The position numbers and the translations under genes were made by a program. This document shows, in pieces, positions 61,134 through 64,000 of a stretch of DNA of 64,000 nucleotides; positions within the stretch are counted from its first letter, which is position 1, and each line of letters opens with the position of its first letter. Source of the stretch: Myxococcota bacterium (GTDB lineage Bacteria > Myxococcota_A > Polyangia > Polyangiales > Houyiibacteriaceae); the NCBI GenBank assembly GCA_039030515.1, contig JBCCEA010000003.1, positions 64,001-128,000 of the forward strand. Reading direction: 5' to 3'. Under the pieces are notes generated by a model. That model was given only the letters and a program-made list of their open reading frames with translations, was not told the DNA's origin and did not search any database.

Positions 61134-62060
61134 ATGGAAGACTCTGCCAGCGCGATCGTCACGTCACCCGTCACGTCACCTCCGTTCGATCTCGACCGAA
61201 TTGGAGGTCGAAGCGCTTTAGACGGTCTCATCGATATCGTTTGTGCTTCGGGCGATTATGCCCTTTCTTTTCAGCGATCCTCGAGCCATTCGACGTTTGA
61301 ATACAAGACCGATCGGAGCCCCGTCACCGAGGCAGATCACGAAGTGCAGGCGAGAATCTACGGCGCACTTCGGTACAGATACCCGGAGATCGGCTTTTTG
61401 GGTGAGGAGGACCTCAGCCCGACGGATCCTTTGGATAGGGACCAGTCAGAGTTGGATAGGGGCCAGTCAGAAAAGCTTGCCTCATCCCTCCCCGAACTGC
61501 GTTTTATCGTCGATCCCATCGACGGAACGCGGGCGTTTGTTCGAGGCCTGACGACCTGGTCGATCCTCCTAGGCCTGGAGGACGAGTACGGTCCCGCTCT
61601 AGGCATCGCGCTCATGCCCGCGGCGGGAGATCTGTTTGTGGGCGTTCGTGGCGGAGGCGCCTACGGCAACGGCAGACCGCTGCGCGTCTCGACCACGGAA
61701 ACGCTCGATCAGGCGCTGCTTTGCCATGGAGGACTGCATCAGTTCACCGACGCGAATCTCGATGGCGCTCTGGTTCGCCTAGCAAAGGAGAGCTTTACTC
61801 AACGAGGTTTCGCGGACTTCGACGGATACCGCCAGCTTCTCCTCGGAAGGGTTGACGCCATGATCGACCCGGGAGTACGGGCCTGGGATGTGTGCTCTGC
61901 TGCGGTGCTCGTCAGAGAAGCGGGTGGCGTGTTTACAGACCTTTCAGGAGCGCCAACCATTTACGGCAACGGAGGCCTTGCCACCAACGAACGACTGCAT
62001 CCACAGGTCGTGAAACTTCTTTTGGAACGCGGCAATCCCGGTACTATGCTCTCGCCGTGA
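61134..62060 (+). CDS. Inositol monophosphatase family, histidinol-phosphatase-like
   Basis: K.DRSPVTEAD, GEE, VDPIDGT..FVRG, WD...VREAGG.FTD. Confidence 0.85.
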   Translation: MEDSASAIVTSPVTSPPFDLDRIGGRSALDGLIDIVCASGDYALSFQRSSSHSTFEYKTDRSPVTEADHEVQARIYGALRYRYPEIGFLGEEDLSPTDPLDRDQSELDRGQSEKLASSLPELRFIVDPIDGTRAFVRGLTTWSILLGLEDEYGPALGIALMPAAGDLFVGVRGGGAYGNGRPLRVSTTETLDQALLCHGGLHQFTDANLDGALVRLAKESFTQRGFADFDGYRQLLLGRVDAMIDPGVRAWDVCSAAVLVREAGGVFTDLSGAPTIYGNGGLATNERLHPQVVKLLLERGNPGTMLSP

Positions 62061-62326
62061 CTCAAGCAAAGCCCGATATCCCTAGCCTTCCCAAAGTGCG
62101 CGACGAAGCGGAAGATACACCGATGTGGGTACCCATGTTGGGACTCGCTCTGCTGCTCCTTGCCGGAGTGATCGCGGTCTATCGCTCCTACGCTTCTCAC
62201 GCTGTTGAAATCGTGGTTGCCGAAGAACTTCCGGTTGAAACAAAGCGAACCAACGAGATCGGCGTCGAGCGATCGGCGCGAGTTCAGCCTGCTGAGCACC
62301 AACCCAACCAAGCACCATCACGGTGA
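62057..62326 (+). CDS. Small single-TM hypothetical protein
   Basis: GTGA overlap with the upstream stop; LPKVRDEAEDTPMWVPMLGLALLLLAGVIAVY. Confidence 0.55.
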   Translation: MTQAKPDIPSLPKVRDEAEDTPMWVPMLGLALLLLAGVIAVYRSYASHAVEIVVAEELPVETKRTNEIGVERSARVQPAEHQPNQAPSR

Positions 62327-62471
62327 TGCACGGCGCGCACGTTCCATGCGGTCGAGGTCCGGCAATACGGCTCTTGAACGAAGGATGGCTTCCATGTTGT
62401 GCTTCAAACCGCTTGACCCTCGACGATCCAAAACCAAATAGTCCTCAGATACGCAACCCTAGGAGACACCC

Positions 62472-64000
62472 GTGACCGACCCTATCCGACGCGTTGGCGT
62501 CATCGGAGCCGGAGTAATGGGCAGCGGCATCGCCGCCCACTTCGCGAATGCCGGCGTTGAAGTTGTTTTGCTCGACATCGTTCCACCCGAGTCCGGGGCA
62601 AATGGGGCATCCAGGTCTCGTTCCCGCAGCCAGTTCGCTGAGGAAGGGCTAAAAAAGGCCCTCAAGGCAAAGCCAGCACCGTTCTTTCACAAATCGAGGG
62701 CATCACTGGTGCGCACGGGCAATCTGGAAGACGATTTTCAGAGGCTCGCGGCGTGTGATTTGATCATCGAAGCGATCGTCGAAAATCTCGACATCAAAAG
62801 AAAACTCTTCGCTCGCTTCGATACCGAACTTGAAGGCACACGGATCGTTGCCTCAAATACAAGCGGATTGCGCATCGCCAGCATGGTCGAAGGGCGAAGT
62901 GAGGCGTTTCGAAGCCGCTTTCTGGTCATGCATTTCTTTAATCCGGTGCGCTACATGAAGCTGCTGGAGCTCGTCCGTGGCCCCGAAACCTCAGATGAGG
63001 TCTATCGACGCGTCGCGGAGTTTGGCACATCGATTCTCGGCAAAGGGATCGTGGAGGGCAAGGACACCCCCAACTTTGTCGGCAACCGCATCGGTTGCCA
63101 CGCGCTGATGAGCACGATTCATCAAATGCTGGCCGATGGCCTCGAGCCGGAAGATGTGGACGCGATTACCGGAAGTCCGATGGGTCACCCTAAGAGCGCA
63201 AGCTTCCGAACTGCAGACATGGTCGGCATCGACACCTTTGTCCACGTATCCGAAAACTGCCACGCCGCGCTCGTAGATGATGAAGATCGCGAGGTATTTC
63301 AGATACCGGATTTCATGAAACACATGGTGGCAAAAAAGCTGCTGGGAAATAAGACCAAGGGAGGCTTTTACAAGAAGACCAAGGAAGGAATCAGCACCCT
63401 GGATCCTTCGACCCTCGAGTACCGACCCAAGGCTGGCGATCCCGAGATCAAAAAGTTCTGCAAGAGTCTGAATGGCGATGCGCGCTCCCGCGTCAAGAAG
63501 CTGGTGGAAGACAACGGCCCGGCAGGCGCCTTTGCTCGTAAACTCCTGTCGAAAACCCTCTCTTACACCGCAAGGCGCATGGGTGAAATCGCAGAGGATA
63601 TCTCGGCGGTGGATGATGCCATGCGCTGGGGATACAACTGGGAACTGGGCCCGTTTGAAACTTGGGATGCTCTAGGATTTCGTGAAACAGCAGAGCGGAT
63701 GAAAAAAGAAGGGCATTCGCTTCCCACTTGGATCGACACGATGCTCGGTTCAGATGCGAGCGCCTTCTACCGCGGAAACGAAGTTTGGAACCCCGCACTC
63801 GGTCAGTATCAAGTCCGAAAAAGCGACGCGCGCAACACGACTCTCACGCTGCTGCGAGGTGAAAAGCCTCCAGTTTTGTCCAATAGCGGTGCCGTAGCCC
63901 ATGACATCGGCGATGGAGTCTTGGCGGTCACGTTCAAGACCAAGGCCAACAGTCTCGACGATTCGGTGATCGCTTTGATGGGACAGGCGATCGAAGAAGC
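62472..64000 (+). CDS. fadN: 3-hydroxyacyl-CoA dehydrogenase/enoyl-CoA hydratase (FadN type), runs off the right edge
   Basis: AGGAG RBS; hand translation (M)TDPIRRVGVIGAGVMGSGIAAHFANAG...EAIVENL...ASNTSG...HFFNPVRYMKLLE...KDTPNFVGNRIG. Confidence 0.9.
   Translation, partial: MTDPIRRVGVIGAGVMGSGIAAHFANAGVEVVLLDIVPPESGANGASRSRSRSQFAEEGLKKALKAKPAPFFHKSRASLVRTGNLEDDFQRLAACDLIIEAIVENLDIKRKLFARFDTELEGTRIVASNTSGLRIASMVEGRSEAFRSRFLVMHFFNPVRYMKLLELVRGPETSDEVYRRVAEFGTSILGKGIVEGKDTPNFVGNRIGCHALMSTIHQMLADGLEPEDVDAITGSPMGHPKSASFRTADMVGIDTFVHVSENCHAALVDDEDREVFQIPDFMKHMVAKKLLGNKTKGGFYKKTKEGISTLDPSTLEYRPKAGDPEIKKFCKSLNGDARSRVKKLVEDNGPAGAFARKLLSKTLSYTARRMGEIAEDISAVDDAMRWGYNWELGPFETWDALGFRETAERMKKEGHSLPTWIDTMLGSDASAFYRGNEVWNPALGQYQVRKSDARNTTLTLLRGEKPPVLSNSGAVAHDIGDGVLAVTFKTKANSLDDSVIALMGQAIEE

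Overview
GC-rich bacterial chromosome segment, most likely Myxococcota (Polyangia-like). The basis is a TIGR04551-type barrel, a PEGA-repeat Ser/Thr kinase, DUF4388/J-domain and DUF507 proteins, and a deltaproteobacterial-type pilin; all family calls are by eye, with no database search. Most of the window is housekeeping: a partial VanW-family gene, glyA, trpE, tig-clpP-clpX-lon, RNase J, radA, yicC-gmk, cobA/hemD, clpS-clpA-aat, moeZ, nnr, pdxJ, a hisN-like gene and a partial fadN. It carries tRNA-Asp(GTC) and tRNA-Val(TAC), with a probable ~9.4 kb accessory block between them (decayed methyltransferase-like pseudogene, outer-membrane barrel, RND efflux operon). The most notable items are: (1) a TPR protein whose C-terminus resembles an archaeal/eukaryotic TFIIB cyclin-fold/HTH repeat; (2) a sigma54-driven pilA converging tail-to-tail on a paralogous pilin, preceded by two copies of a ~130 bp element with terminal inverted repeats; (3) a degenerate partial tRNA-Asp copy just 3' of the real gene; (4) an unusually frequent set of short tandem micro-duplications, several on stop codons. 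No integrase, transposase, CRISPR or prophage genes were seen, and I cannot claim a complete novel multi-gene system.
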